DNA of 64,000 bases from Dendrobates tinctorius. Its lineage: Eukaryota. The stretch spans positions 14,880,001-14,944,000 of the forward strand of contig NW_027361825.1 in assembly GCF_039654945.1 (NCBI RefSeq). Reading direction: 5' to 3'. Every line of letters starts with the position of its first letter. Positions within the stretch are counted from its first letter, which is position 1. Both the position numbers and the translations under genes were made by a program. Positions 42,123 to 55,802 of the stretch are shown in pieces. A model generated the notes under the pieces. It was not told where the DNA came from, made no database searches, and saw only the letters and a list, made by a program, of their open reading frames with translations.

Positions 42123-43039
42123 AGTTTTGGTTCTTTGATAGAATCCCTAAAATGGAAGCAAAAAAAGAAATTTCAGAGGCCTATTGTACATCATACACAT
42201 TCAACCGTGATGCGTCAACTAGTATATGTGCAAAGCTCAGATGCTCAGTCCTGTGCTGCCCAGGGACGCCTCATATATGGACAGTTAGAGAAGCTCCAGT
42301 GATGGACATGTCACCAACCATTTCTCCAGGTGACGAAAAGGCAGCTGAAGTCCCCAAACCGAGCAACAGAGAGGTGCTCTCTGAATCCGGATTATCTGAC
42401 CTGAGACTTAGGGTCCCGTTTCACTTAGCGACGCACCAGCGATCCCGATAACGATACGACCTGGTAGGGATCGCTGGTGCTAAATGATTGCTAGTAAGCT
42501 GCCAAACAGGCAGATCTCTTCAGCGACGCAGCAACGATCCAGCGATCAAACACAGCGATGCGCGCTGGCCAGCGGGACGCCGACGACGAAAAAATGGCCC
42601 AGGACATTCCTGCACGATCAGCGATATCCAGCAGGGGGACTGGACGCTGCTGCGTGTCACATGTAGCGAGATCGCTGTTGCGTCACAAATGGTAGACCTG
42701 GGGGCCATTATTGAGGCCCTGGCTGCCATGAGTACCGATTGGCACCCTATAATCGAGTTGTGAGCCTACAGATGGGTTGAAAGAGATCCTCCTACTCCCA
42801 TAGACAACTTAGGTGCCCTGTGCTATACTGAACTGACCCTGGCTCCTGGGAGGGTAAATGCCCGAGATCATAGTTCCCTTGGATCCCAGTCATTAGAGAA
42901 CAGTCGAAAAGCCGTTACCTTTGGAACAGAAAAGCCACACAGTGAAATGGACCAGAGCGTTATAAAGGGCGCATTGCGAAACCAAGAATGGGTCATAAAT
43001 ATGGAATGCTTAAGGATCTCAACTATTGCTGGAGGGGGA

Positions 43040-43260
43040 ACAAAGGATTCTTCAGGGAGGTGAAGGGGGGGGGCACAGTGGATCCTTCAGGGTGGAGGGG
43101 AACAGGGGATCGCTTAGAGAGAAGGGGGGACACAGTGGATCCTCCAGGGAGGAGGTGGACAGGGGATCCCTTAGAGATAAGGGGGGACACAGTGTATCCT
43201 TTGGGAAGGAGGTGAAACAGGGGATCCTTCGAAAAGGGTGAAGGGGGACGAGATCCGTTG
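43040..43260. repeat. Short tandem repeat, unit about 56 bp
   Basis: Three copies of GGGGGACACAGTGGATCCT...AACAGGGGATCC. Confidence 0.75.
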
Positions 43261-43613
43261 GCCAACAGATCATTCAGCCGTCAACACAAAGTATATATGT
43301 GACCGTAACAACCAGGGAAAATTCACTCCTGTGAAAAAGTAACAGCCGCATCGGCTCAATTTAAAAAAAAAAAAAAAAAACTAAAAAACCCTCAAAAACG
43401 TCAGTCCCAACAGACACTGTCGGAAATAATGTATGGCTGACCCCTCACCCCACAACAAAGCTCAGCACTGGTTTCCCACACTCAGTAACCACTAGTCCAT
43501 TCCAGTCAGTGACACCCAGGAGCTTTCCTGCTCCATAAAGTTCTGTAGAAGTCGTTTTACGCGTATTTTTTATCTCTTTCCGGTCTCTCTCCAAGGAAAA
43601 CAAGGCCACTCAC

Positions 43614-43900
43614 CTCCCAGCACAACACCCGTCCACATCCACAAACACCGGGAACTTCCTGGTTGGGAGTCACCTACAAAGCAGGTAGAGTGATTAACTG
43701 AGAAAAACTACATTTCCCGGCACACCTCTTCCATATGACGTAGGTAATTTGCCTTGCGCCTGCGTGTAGAAGCCGGCTACCTCAGCGCATGCGCGACAAT
43801 TCCCCCTCCTTTTACCCAGGACTTGCACAGGAAGATGCGCTCGGTCCGCTCTGGGTAGTGGGTACTGGCAGAGTTGTTTGCAGGCGGGTGCGGCACGCGG
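43614..43900 (-). promoter_or_regulatory. MVB12A: MVB12A housekeeping-type promoter and non-coding first exon
   Basis: Minus-strand donor GAG|GTGAGT at 43614, ZNF143-type ACTACATTTCCC (43707-43718), NRF1 palindrome GCGCATGCGC (43785-43794), TGACGT, ETS cores and local CpG enrichment. Confidence 0.65.
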
Positions 43901-44158
43901 CAGTTCTCAGCAGCTTTCTATACATAAGGAGAGCGCGTCTGCTGCTTCTCCAGCTATCACCATTGAATTTCCTGTACATTTATCCTTTATTGCTTTCTGT
44001 TATATCCTCATAGATTATTATACGGTATCCCCAATCCGCTTATTGAAGACACTCACAAATTCTAGTCAGAGTTCCCTCACAAGCGGGTCAGCCTCAGTGC
44101 CCCTTTAAGATGCACACTCGTGCTCCTGAACACTGTCCTCCATGGTGGAAAGGTTTAA

Positions 44159-44478
44159 GGCTACGTGCACACGCTGCGTAATGGGGTGCGGATTTGGCTG
44201 CGCGGATTTTGTAAAATCTGCAGGTCAAAAGATCTGCGGTTTTACCTGCGGATTGCTCTGCGGTTTTGTCCTGCGGTTTTTCATCTCCACAATGGAGGAG
44301 ATGGCAAACCGCAGGAGAATCCGCAGAAAGAATTGACATGTCAACTCTTTCTGCGGTTTCAAAACCGCGCGGAAAAATCCGCACCGTCTGCACTGCGGTT
44401 TTTTATTCCCATAGGGAATCATGGTACTGTACACCGCAGCAAAAACTGCTGCAGAATCCGCAGCGTGTGCACACACCC
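44159..44478. mobile_element. Harbinger-type MITE
   Basis: TAA|GGCTACGTGCACACG...CGTGTGCACACACCC|TAA. Confidence 0.75.
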
Positions 44479-45545
44479 TAATACTTGACCCCTTAAGGGT
44501 GTACACACACATGGCAACTTTTAAGTTTTTTTTTTCTGAAGTAATAATAATAAATGTTATTTCTATAGCGCCGACATATTCTGCAACACTTTACATTTCA
44601 GAGGGGATTTGTACAGACAATAGACATTACAGCATAACAATAATCACATAGATTATAACAAATACCAAGAGGAGTGAGGGCCCTGCTCGCAAGCTTGCAG
44701 TCTATGAGGAAAGAGGTAGACACGAAAGGTAGGTGATAACAATTGCCCTGATTGTATGGACCAGCCATAATGTTAAGTGTGTAACAGTACAGACACAGAG
44801 GGCTAATGGATGCATAAAGCATGTGGGAACATGATGCAGGGAACCTGGTTATGGTAAAACTTTTGGCTTTGCCACACAGGGATAGATTAGGTTAATGTGT
44901 TGAAGCGATAGGCCAGTCTGAATAAATGCGTTTTCAGGGCACGCTTAAAATTGTAGGGATTGGGGACTAATCGTATTGACCTGGGAAGTGCATTCCAAAG
45001 AATTTGCGCAGCACGTGTATAGTCTTGGAGACGGGAGTGGGAGGTTCTGATTATTGAGGATGCTAATCTCAGGTCATCAGCAGAACGGAGGGCGCGGGTA
45101 GGGTGGTATACTGAAACAAGGGAGAAGATGTAGGGTGGTGCTGAGCCATGGAGGGCTTTGTGGGTGAGGGTAAGGCCGGAGTCACACTGGCGAGGAATAC
45201 GGGTGCGTGCGAGGCGCAAAAAGCACGCATTAGACACGGACCAATGATTATGGGGTCACTCGCACCAGGCGTATATTTCTCCTCCGTATCCTACGCTCCG
45301 TGCCACTCGCAGCATGCTGCGATTGTCAGCGTACTACGCCCGTAGCACGCCAATGCAAGTCAATGGGTGCGCAAAAAATACGGATTACACACTGACCACA
45401 CGTGTGACCTGCGAGCAATACGCAGGTCTTTTGGCTGGTGACAGGAAATGGGCCAATCCATCATCAGGAAGCGTAGACATGCAAATGAGCTCAAAAAGCG
45501 CTCCAGACATCCAGGAAGTACGCCTCCACGGAGTACAGCAACAGC

Positions 45546-47317
45546 ATGGCGTCCACTTACATAAATGTGGAGATGCTAATTGTGCTGGTGCAGGAGCGTC
45601 CAGAAATATGGGACCCACGCGACGCAAACTATGCCAACCGCACACGAAAGGAGGCGTCATGGAGGCGCATCTGTCGCCAGATGTACCATGACTTCGGTGA
45701 CAGACCACGTGAGGAGCAGCAGAAAATTCGTAAGTGCAACCATGAAAATATAATTAACGTTAGCGCGCGCTATAAAATGACTCTACAATCAGCCCCCCCC
45801 CCCCTTCCTGGGCATGTAATTTTAGCCTCATGAGGCCGTTACATTAGGATGTGACACGTGGCTTCACACAGCCATAATTAGGGGTTAGGCCACAAGCTCC
45901 TCATCCTCCTAGCCACAAAAATTATTTTCAGGGGAGCTAATGAGACCCTGGGTATCGGCCCAATTACATATGCCACCATGGGTAGAACGCACACCCCATA
46001 AGGCCCCATGCCTAGACTACTGTTTGAAAATGTGACCACTCAAATATGTGATTTTGACAATCTTTCCTGTCACATTGCAGTTGAAGATGTGATGAAACGG
46101 TGGAGAAGCATCCGGGACCAATACCGCCGGGAACGCCAGCAGCGGTCCAGGAGTGGGGATGCTGGCCATGTAAAGCGGAAATATATATATATTATGACCG
46201 GCTGAACTTCCTCGCCCCAATTCTGGCTCTGAGACCGTAAGTACATACCTCACACCACATGACACAAAAACATTACACAAATACTTTACAGGGACAAAAA
46301 TATTGATGTATTTTTGCCTCTGTTCTATTTCATAACAGAACTCAATCCAACCTTACGGATCGAGGAACGGCCTCAGAGGCAGAGCCCGTTATTGATCCTG
46401 TAGGGGATGAGGTGGCTGGCCCATCTTCTCCCCCTACAAGAAGGATGTCTGAAGAGGAGGCATCACAAGAGCACACAATGGCTGCCCGACAAAACACACC
46501 ACCAGGACGGTCTGCAGCTGCAACCTCACCCATCCTGGAAGAGATGGGCAACTTGAGCAGCAGCCCAACTGCCCAGATCAGGCCCTCCCCACAGGCTGCT
46601 CTAGCAACACGGCGAATAAGAAGAAGGCGCCAGGTCGCCATTCAAGAGAGCAGGACCAATGTGGACACTGGGGTGCTGAATTACCTGTCCAGAGTCACTA
46701 CAGATGATGGTGAGGAGGCCTATGCACGTAGCCTCACCCTTTATCTCCGTGCCCTTACCCGTGAGGTCAGGCTCCGTATTAGGGTGTGTATTCAGATCCT
46801 GCTTGATGCAAGCACCCCCCCCAATACCCCATATGAGGTGTTTGAATTTCTGGAGAGGTGGCAGCTCTCACCAAGAAATTTAATGCGCATGAGACCATCC
46901 ACACAGATGCTTGCTCAAGCAGGGTCTGAACAGCCCCTAATACGTGGGCCAACACCTCAACCCCTTCCTCCCCCTACCCATCCTTCTATTCCGCAGCCCC
47001 AAATGTCTTCAGCAAGCCAACCCCACCAATATGGCCACTTGTACCCACCCAGTGTTGGAGGCTGGTCCCAACCTGGTTGGGGACGATCTGGCTATCTTGG
47101 TGGGTATGATCCACGGGCCTACCATAGCCAACAAGAAGCCCCTCACCATCATCATTATTACTCTGGGCAGTATCACCAACAGGCCCAGGAGGCTGGACAA
47201 CAACAGCATCATGGGCAACAGTATGGCCCCACACAGGGCGATGTTGGCCACAATGTCCAGCAGCACCCCCAGGCTGTTCCTCCCCGTTCCCCTTCCCCTA
47301 CATATGAGGATTTATGA
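45546..47317 (+). pseudogene. Harbinger MADF/SANT DNA-binding protein with BESS-like motif; exons 45546-45729, 46081-46236, 46339-47317; 2-bp frameshift in the (AT)n run at about 46190
   Basis: LIVLVQERPEIWD...W...KRWRSIRDQYRRE MADF signature and GT-AG introns. Removing one AT restores YIYYDRLNFL. Confidence 0.85.
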
Positions 47318-48216
47318 ATCCAAACTTTGGAGATGTCCAGTGACATGTAACTGGTGCTTCTAATCTAGAGAAAAAAACAGGTGTTCTCCATCACCAACAT
47401 TTAGAACATAATTTAACACTCACATTTGTAAACAATGTTTTCCAAACATATGAAACAATCCATCATGACAGGCAACGCTACCTCACGCCTTTCACACAGA
47501 TATTACATGTGTGTATAAAAGAGAATATTTAAATGCGCTATACTGTTACCTGAAAGGATGAAAATACACTAATCACTTGTTAATGCATAGGAAAGGTGTG
47601 CTTGCCTTTAGTTAAGTAGTCAACTTTGTTATTAGCATTCTCTAGTAAACCAATTTGAGGCGAACAGCATTCACAATATCACGCTCTCTCTATGTCTTAA
47701 CAAGTGAGTTTTGTATTTTCATCCTTTCCAGTATAGCATGCTTAAATATTGTCTGTTCTACAGACAGGTAATATCTGTGTGAAAGATGTGAGGTAGCCTT
47801 GCCTGTCATGGTGGAATCTTTCTATGTTTGGAAAACATTATGAGGAAATGTGAGTGTTATCTTATTGACTTTATTTTGGTGATGGAGCTCACCCTTTGTT
47901 GCCTAATCCAGATTAATGTAGGCATGCAGCAATGTTGTTATTGCATAATGTTTGTTGCAGTTATTTTCTGTTATGTTAATGTTACATCAAGTTAACGAAG
48001 GCCCAAAGGGTCATTTTGGCCATTGCCAAATTTGTGTGATGGCAAAATTATGTTTGCCTTTAAGCAAAAAACAAAAAACAAAAAGGCAAAACTAAAAATT
48101 TGTCTACTCTAGTTAACGTCTCTGTGTGATTTCTCACTATCCCTCACAACATACTAACAGACACCAACCAATGCAAAGAAACACTCATAGAATCATAACA
48201 AGGCTTGAGTAATATA

Positions 48217-49437
48217 CACTCACTGGCCACTTTATTAGGTACACCTGTCCAACTGTGTGTTAAGACTTAATTTCCAATCAGCCAATCACATGGCGGCAAC
48301 TCAGTGCATTTAGGCATGTAGACATGGTCAAGATAATCTCCTGCAGTTCAAACCGAGCATCAGTATGGGGAAGAAAGGTGATTTGAGTGCCTTTGAACGT
48401 AGCATGATTGTTGGTGCCAGAAGGGCTGGTCTGAGTATTACAGAAACTGCTGATCTACTGGGATTTTCACGCACAACCATCTCTAGGGTTTACAGAGAAT
48501 GGTCCGAAAAAGAAAAAAAATCCAGTGAGCGGCAGTTCTGTGGCCGGAAATGCCTTGTTGATGCCAGAGGTCAGAGGAGAATGGGCAGACTGGTTCGAGC
48601 TGATAGAAAGGCAACAGTGACTCAAATTGCCACCCGTTACAACCAAGGTAGGCAGAAGAGCATCTCTGAACGCACAGTGCGTCGAACTTTGAGGCAGATG
48701 GGCTACAGCAGCAGAAGACCACACTGGGTACCACTCCTCTCAGCTAAGAACAGGAAACTGAGGCTACAATTTGCACAAGCTCATCGAAATTGGACAGTAG
48801 AAGATTGGAAAAACGTTGCCTGGTCTGATGAGTCTCGATTTCTGCTGCGACATTCGGATGGTAGGGTCAGAATTTGGCGTAAACAACATGAAAGCATGGA
48901 TCCATCCTGCCTTGTATCAACGGTTCAGGCTGGTGGTGGTGGTGTCATGGTGTGGGGAATTTTTTCTTGGCACTCTTTGGGCCCCTTGGTACCAATTGAG
49001 CATCGTTGCAACGCCACAGCCTACCTGAGTATTGTTGCTGACCATGTCCATCCCTTTATGACCACAATGTACCCAACATCTGATGGCTACTTTCAGCAGG
49101 ATAATGCGCCATGTCATAAAGCTCGAATCATCTCAGATTGGTTTCTTGAACATGACAATGAGTTCACTGTACTCAAATGGCCTCCTCAGTCACCAGATCT
49201 CAATCCAATAGAGCATCTTTGGGATGTGGTGGAACGGGAGATTCGCATCAGGGATGTGCAGCCGACAAATCTGCGCCAACTGTGTGATGCCATCATGTCA
49301 ATATGGTCCAAAATCTCTGAGGAATGCTTCCAGCACCTTGTTGAATCTCTGCCACGAAGAATTGAGGCAGTTCTGAAGGCAAAAGGGGGTCCAACCCCTT
49401 ACCAGCATGGTGTACCTAATAAAGTGGCCAGTGAGTG
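48217..49437 (+). mobile_element. Short-TIR Tc1-like element (1221 bp, DD36E type) inserted in the Harbinger
   Basis: TA|CACTCACTGGCCACTTTATTAGGTACACC ... GGTGTACCTAATAAAGTGGCCAGTGAGTG|TA, a perfect 29-bp TIR. Confidence 0.95.
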
Positions 49438-49468
49438 TATATTTAGACACACTTTGAACCAAAAATAA
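48365..49468 (+). CDS. Tc1-like transposase, DD36E; the ORF reads through the right TIR
   Basis: [16 protein letters not shown] and [11 protein letters not shown] motifs with 36 residues between D and E. The expected stop after KGGPTPY is CAG. Confidence 0.88.
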   Translation: MGKKGDLSAFERSMIVGARRAGLSITETADLLGFSRTTISRVYREWSEKEKKSSERQFCGRKCLVDARGQRRMGRLVRADRKATVTQIATRYNQGRQKSISERTVRRTLRQMGYSSRRPHWVPLLSAKNRKLRLQFAQAHRNWTVEDWKNVAWSDESRFLLRHSDGRVRIWRKQHESMDPSCLVSTVQAGGGGVMVWGIFSWHSLGPLVPIEHRCNATAYLSIVADHVHPFMTTMYPTSDGYFQQDNAPCHKARIISDWFLEHDNEFTVLKWPPQSPDLNPIEHLWDVVEREIRIRDVQPTNLRQLCDAIMSIWSKISEECFQHLVESLPRRIEAVLKAKGGPTPYQHGVPNKVASECIFRHTLNQK

Positions 49469-50985
49469 TTAGAACATAGACACAGCATTCTCTTGCCAAG
49501 AAGTAGCCCCCTCAGGTGAGATAAAGTAATTAGTGAATATATCACGCACTTTGAGGCCAGAGAGCGGTCTACGTTGAGGGATGATAGGTGGTCTCACCCT
49601 GCGCACATTGTCCGGCCTACGCACAACACCATCAGAGGAGGAGCAATCATGTATCCTGGTGAAGTTATGCAGAACAACACAGGCTTTCACAACTTCATTC
49701 ACATTTTGCTCACTCAACTGAATGGCAGACTGGAGTACCCGCCATTTGGCACAAAGAATCCCAAAGGAACACTCCACCAGTCGCCTAGCACGTGATAGGC
49801 GCAAGTTCAAAATTCTGCGCCTGTGGTCAAGGTTGCGCCGGGGATATGGCCTCATGATATTACGTGATAACTGAAAGGCCTAATCTGCCACAAGGACATA
49901 AGGGACTGATTGTTCGGGGGAGCCTGGTAGCTGGCGTGGTGGTGGTAGTTCAAACTGGTTGGTGCGTAGCCGCCGACCCATTATGGAAGTATTGAAGACT
50001 CTAGAGTCTCCCGTCCTTCCATAGGCCCCAATGTCCACAATTATAAACTTGTATTGAGGGTCTACCAGAGCCAACAATACAACAGAAAAGTATTGCTTAT
50101 AATTGAAGAATTGGGACCCTGAGTTCGGCGGCTTACGCACCCTGATATGATTGCCATCCAGGGCCCCAATACAATTTGGAAACTGGCAGTCCTCCTCAAA
50201 GTCCCTTGAAATCCTTAACCAGTCTTCCATCCTGGGCTCGGGTAGGACCACCTGATGGAGTCTTGTCCAGATTTGTGCACATGTAGACCTCACTATGCCT
50301 GAATTGGTGGACTTTCCAATGAGAAACTCATGGTGGAGGGCGGCATAAGACAGGCCAGTGGACAGGAAGCTGTAGAACAACAGAAATAGTCCAGGTTAGA
50401 ATGGCTAAAGTAAAAAAAAATCAGTTACATGCCGACCAAACTTGGTAGGAAATGAGAGAGAACAACACACACATATTTGGTGGCACAATGACTAAGTGAT
50501 ATGCAGTACATATTAGATGTAACATTCTGCTGTGTCAGGTGAAACATATTTTGAGTAAGATGAGGGTATTAAACATTGTCCAAGAAGGCCAAAAAACATA
50601 AATTAACACACACATTATGAACATAGAGAATGTGGTTGTGGAGTACACACCGTATTGTGAGTAGAAGTCGCTCCTCTGCAGATATGGCTTGGCGCATCCT
50701 AGTGTCCTGAAATGTGATCCCAGGGCGCACTGTCTCCAAGAGGCGAGCAAATGTGGAAATGCTCATTCGACAGTACTGGTAAAATTTTTCAGGATGCTCC
50801 CGCAGAGACGAATAGAGGCGGTGAAAATGCCCTCTTGTGAGTCGTTGCCTCAAAAGTGGATGTACCCACATGCGTCTCCTCCTCCGCGGATCCACTTTCA
50901 CAGGATATGGTTGGCCAAAGCGCCGTGACAAAAGCCAGGTAAAGAGAACCTGCTCGGTTTTATTGAATGTCAGACCCTCTGCCAT
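49469..50985 (-). pseudogene. Harbinger DDE nuclease (HARBI1-like); exons 50985-50651 and 50369-49469; nonsense codon at 49880-49882
   Basis: AISAEERLLLTIR|FLSTG, FPNCIGALDG, FFNYKQYFS, VAD*AF and RRLVECSFGIL motifs. Confidence 0.9.
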
Positions 50986-53392
50986 GCTGCACAAAGAACA
51001 CCAACACACCTCGTGAAAGCAAGGTGAGAAATGTACAGAATGTAGGCAGCCACCTATTTCTGAGTGTCTAAATAGGGTGCAGGCTAATGATTTAAATAGT
51101 TTGCAGGCCTCAAAACCGTTAAATGTCCATTTTGCAAGGCTGCGAGAAAATCTCGCCATACGGATTGCATACGGAGACACACATGCGCAAAATACGCGAC
51201 CTCACCTTGCTTACGGATGACCTACGGACCACTATTTTGTGGTCATTGATCCGTATTACGCATGTAAAATACGGAGCGTATTTTGCGCAGGTTAGTGTGA
51301 CTCCAGCCTAATAAGTTTATACTGAATTCAGGAGTGGATGGGTAGCCAGTTTAATGACTGGCACAAGGTAGAGTCATCGGTGTAACGATTGGCGAGGAAT
51401 ATGATCCTGGCTGCAGCATTCAAGACAGATTGGAGGGGGGAGAGTTTGGTAAGGCCTGGATCACACTTCCGTTTTTGTAAATCCGTCAAAATCCGTTGGT
51501 TTCCGTTAAAAAACGGATCCGCCATTTTTTTGGCAGATCTGTTTTTTAGTCCCATAGACTTCCATTAGCGGCTACCGCGGATCCGTAAAAAAAAAACGGA
51601 TCGGTTTGCGGCAAAACGGAAACGGATCCGTTTTTTCACACTCTGACAGATGCAAACGGATGCAAAAAAACGGATGTGTAAAACAGGCCTAACAGGGAGA
51701 CAGATTAGAAGAGAGTTACAATGGTCCAGATGAGAATGAATAAGAGAAACAGTGAGGCTGTGTTCACACGTTGCGTTTTTTTTCGTATTTTTACCAAATA
51801 AAACACTTAAAAGAAGCTTCCCATTCATTTTAATGAATTCCGCACTTTCTGTGCATATGGAAAAAACGCAGCATGCTCATTAATTTCACGGAAAATTCCG
51901 CATTTCTAGCTATTTTCTATGTGACTGGGCATTAAAACCGTGCGTTTTTTGCGCAAAAAAGTGTATAAAACTTACAGAAACACGCGTTTTCTGGGATGGA
52001 GTCAGGTTTTCATGCAGAATTTTTCTGCATATGTGTGCACATAGCCTAAGAGTTTTTGCGGAGTCAAAGGTAAGAAAAGGTCGAATTCTAGAAATGTTTT
52101 TGAGAGGCAGATAACAAGAGCGAGCCAGTGATTGGATGTGGGGGGCAAAGGAAAACGCGGAGTCAAATATGACCTCGAGACAGCGGGCATGTTGCTGGGG
52201 AGTAATAGTGATTAGTAATTTTTTTCATTTTTTATTTATTACCTGAGGATCATTTTGGAAACCTAAATGACGCTGAAAAAACTGAACATGTGCACAGCAA
52301 CTCATAACATAGAAATGAATGTGTTCAGCATTTAGGTAGCGCTGCCTAAAAGAGCCATTGTGTGCACAGACCCCAACTGGTGGCTGGTATTCTCAGGCTG
52401 GTAAGGGGCCTTGGATATTGGCCCCCAGCCTAAAGATAGCAGCCCGCAGCTGCCCAGAAAAGGCGCATCTATGAGATGCACCAATTCTGGGGCCTTGCCC
52501 GGCTCTTCCCACTTGCCCTGTAGCGGTAGCAAGTAGGGTTCATATTTGTGGGGTTGATGTCAAAGACACAGCAAGAGTAAAGTCTTATTAGAAGTAAAAC
52601 ACTTTTACTTTATCATTTAAAAATAAACACAGTTATACTCCCCTAGCGTCTAATTCCACAGAATCTCTCGTCTGACAGCCGTTTTGAAGTATTTGAGAGG
52701 TGCTGTTTTTAAAATGATATCACTTTTGGGGAGATTTCAATATTTAGTCCCCTCAAGGTCCATTTAAATGTAACTTTCTTGAAAAAATGAGAAATTCTAC
52801 TAAACCTATAACCCCTTTTAGCACCCTAACAAAATTAAATGATGTTTGAAAAATGATACAGAAGTAAAGTAGACACATGAGAAATGTTATTTATTATTTT
52901 GTACATCATGACTAACTGATTTAAGGATATGAAGATTGAAAGTTCAAAAATTATGAATTTTTTGAAATTTTTGCTGATATTTTCACAAATAAACACAAAA
53001 CTTATGAACCTAAATTTACCACTAACAAAGTTCAATGTGTCACACAAAACTGTCTCAGAATCACTGGGATACGTTGGAGCGTTCCAGAGTTATTACCGCA
53101 TGAAGTGACACTGGTCAGATTTTAAAAATTTAGCTTGGTTATGAAGGTTAGAATTGGTTCATTCAAGGGTATTTTTATGATCCTATACAGTAGAGCCTCA
53201 GCAATGACATTATGTTCCTAGCAATAAAGGTTAAGACTACAGAGGACAGGAAATTATTATGATATTTGTAAGTGACCCTTGGAATGGTTTCTGTCTATTC
53301 CTTGCCTCTTTTATGAAAGGAAAAAAACAGAGTGACTAATTTAGAATTAATCTTGTACATCAGAGTGAGAAGGGGGTGTATATCCATATATA

Positions 53393-55802
53393 CCGTATAT
53401 ACTCGAGTATAAGCCGACCCGAGTATAAGCCGACCCCCCTAATTTTGCCACAAAAAACTGGGAAAACGTATTGACTCGAGTATAAGTCTAGGGTGGAAAA
53501 TGCAGCAGCTACTGGTAAATTTAAAAAATAAAAATGGATACCAATAAAAGTAAAATTAATTGAGACATCAGTAGGTTAAATGTTTTTGAATATCCATATT
53601 GAATCAGGAGCCCCACCTAATGCTCCATACAGTTCATGATAGCCCCATAAGATGCTCCATAGAATAATATGCCCCATATGCTGCTCCATAAAGGTTATGG
53701 CCCCATAAGATGTTCCATAGATTATGCCCCATATGCTGCCCCATAAAATGTTCCATAGAATAGGCCCCATATGCTGCCCCATAAGATGCTCCATAGATTA
53801 TGCCCCTATATGCTGCCCCCATAAGATGCTCCATAGATTATGCCCCTATATGCTGTCCCTATAAGGCTGTGTGCACACGTAGTTTTAGGTGCTGCGGATT
53901 TGTCCCCGTGGATTTTGGAAAATCCGCACGTAAATCCGCAGGTCAAAATACCTGCGGTTTACCTGCGGATTAGCCTGCGGTTTAGCCCTGCGGTTTCACA
54001 CCTTACAATGGTGAAGGTGTGAAACCGCAGCGGAATCCTCACAAAGAATTGACATGCTGCGGATTGTAACCCGCAGCAAATAATAATAATAATAATAATA
54101 ATAATAATCTTTATTTATATAGCGCCAACATATTCCGCAGCGCTTTACAGTTTAACAGTTTCAAAACACAAGTCATAAGTAACAACGCTAACAATACAAT
54201 AATTAAAGCAAAATAAGACGAAATAAGACGACCCTGCTCGTGAGAGCGTACAATCTACAATGAGGTGAGGGAGATACAGAGTACAGGTGTGTATTTACAA
54301 TGGTGTATTTACAATGAAGGTCCAGCCATCTTGCAGGAGTGAAGGATGGATGGAGATAGTGAATGGGCTACGCACGCACACTTACACAGAGAATGACTTT
54401 GATTAGTGAATGTGATAGGCCGCTCTGAACAGGTGTGTTTTGAGGGAGCGCCTAAAACTATGCAAATTGTGGATAGTCCTGATTTCTTGGGGTAGAGCAT
54501 TCCAGAGGATAGAAGCAGCACGGGAAAAGTCTTGGAGTCGGGAGTGGGAGGTACGGATTAGTGCAGAGGTTAGTCGAAAGTCGTTTGCAGAGCGCAGCGA
54601 TCGGCTAGGCCGATAGACAGAAATGAGAGAAGAGATGTAAGGGGGTGCCGCACTGTGGAGAGCTTTGTGGGTGAGAACAAGTACTTTGAATTGGATCCTA
54701 TAATGAATGGGCAGCCAATGTAAGGACTGGCGAAGAGCGGACGCGTCCGAGTACCGATTACCCAGATGGACGATCCTGGCTGCTGCATTGAGTATGGACT
54801 GGAGAGGGGATAGTCGAGTGACGGGGAGGCCAATTAATAGAGCGTTGCAGTAATCCAGGCGAGAGTGGATCAATGCAACAGTGAGGGTTTTTGTTGTTTC
54901 CATAGTGAGAAAAGGGCGGATTCTAGAGATGTTCCGCGCGGAAAAATCCGCAGCATGTGCACAGCGTTTTTGGTTTTACCATTGCAAAGAATGGTACTCT
55001 ACAACGCAGCAGAAACTGCTGCGGACCCACAGCAGAATCCGCACTGTGTGCACATAGCCTAAGATGCTCCATAGATTATACCCCTATATGCTGCCCCCAT
55101 AAGATGCGCCATAGATTATGCCCCCATGTACTGTCACTGCTGCATTTAAAAATAAAAAAAATGACATACTCACCTCTCCATCGCTGGAGCCAGGTGCCGG
55201 TGTCACTGCTGGCGCCTGAGATATTCACCTGTCCCCCGGTCCATCGCTGCTTGCTGCTGTCTGGCATGTCATCTGTCAGTGACGTTCAGACTGCAGGGGG
55301 CACGGCGCACACTAACCACGTCACCGTGCCCTCTGCTGTCTGAACATCACTGACAGATGACGTGCCAGACAGCAGTAAGCAGCGATGGACCCCGGACAGG
55401 TGAGTATCGCTATACTTACCCCTCCTGGCACGGTTTCTGCAGCCCCCAGCTTCTCCGCGATCTCCCTTCCTGCCTTCAGCGGTCACGTGGTATCACTCCC
55501 CCCAGCTTCTCCACGATCTCCCTTCCTACCTTCAGCGGTCACGTGGTACCGCTCATTACACTTGAATATGCGCATATTCATGAGTGTAATGAGTGGTACC
55601 ATGTGACCGCTGAAGGAAGGGAGATCGCAGAGAAGCTGGGGGCTGCAGAGACCGTGCCAGGACGGGTAAGTATAACCAGACACCCCCGCCCCCCCTCCCC
55701 CTCCGACCCCCTGGTGTATATAACTCGAATATAAGTCGAGAGAGGGACTTTCAGCCCAAAAAAATGGGCTGAAAATGTCGGCTTATATTCGAGTATATAT
55801 GG
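53393..55802. mobile_element. pogo/Tigger-like MITE containing a Harbinger MITE (53865-55059), which in turn contains an L2 3' fragment (about 54080-54933)
   Basis: Outer ends TA|CCGTATATACTCGAGTATAAG...CTTATATTCGAGTATATATGG|TA; inner ends TAA|GGCTGTGTGCACA...TGTGCACATAGCC|TAA; L2 peptide ORF 54403-54903 with (AAT)n tail. Confidence 0.8.

Larger units (their letters stand above)
45174..51308. mobile_element. Full-length Harbinger/PIF transposon with convergent MADF/Myb-like and DDE nuclease genes
   Basis: TAA|GGCCGGAGTCACACT...AGTGTGACTCCAGCC|TAA and the two-gene layout typical of the superfamily. Confidence 0.92.
44540..52200 (-). mobile_element. One L2 LINE 3' fragment split by three Harbinger-superfamily insertions (45174-51308, 51454-51689, about 51755-52047)
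   Basis: L2 peptides are continuous across the insertions (IHSHLDHCNSLL / LSPLQSVLNAAARIIF...WLPIHS / LTHKALHGSAPPY...FKRALKTHLF), with an (AAT)n-type tail at about 44542. Confidence 0.8.

Noticed and set aside
46412-47317. 301-aa Q/P/H-rich ORF as a host transcription factor
   Set aside because: It is the last exon of the Harbinger MADF gene, inside the TIRs.
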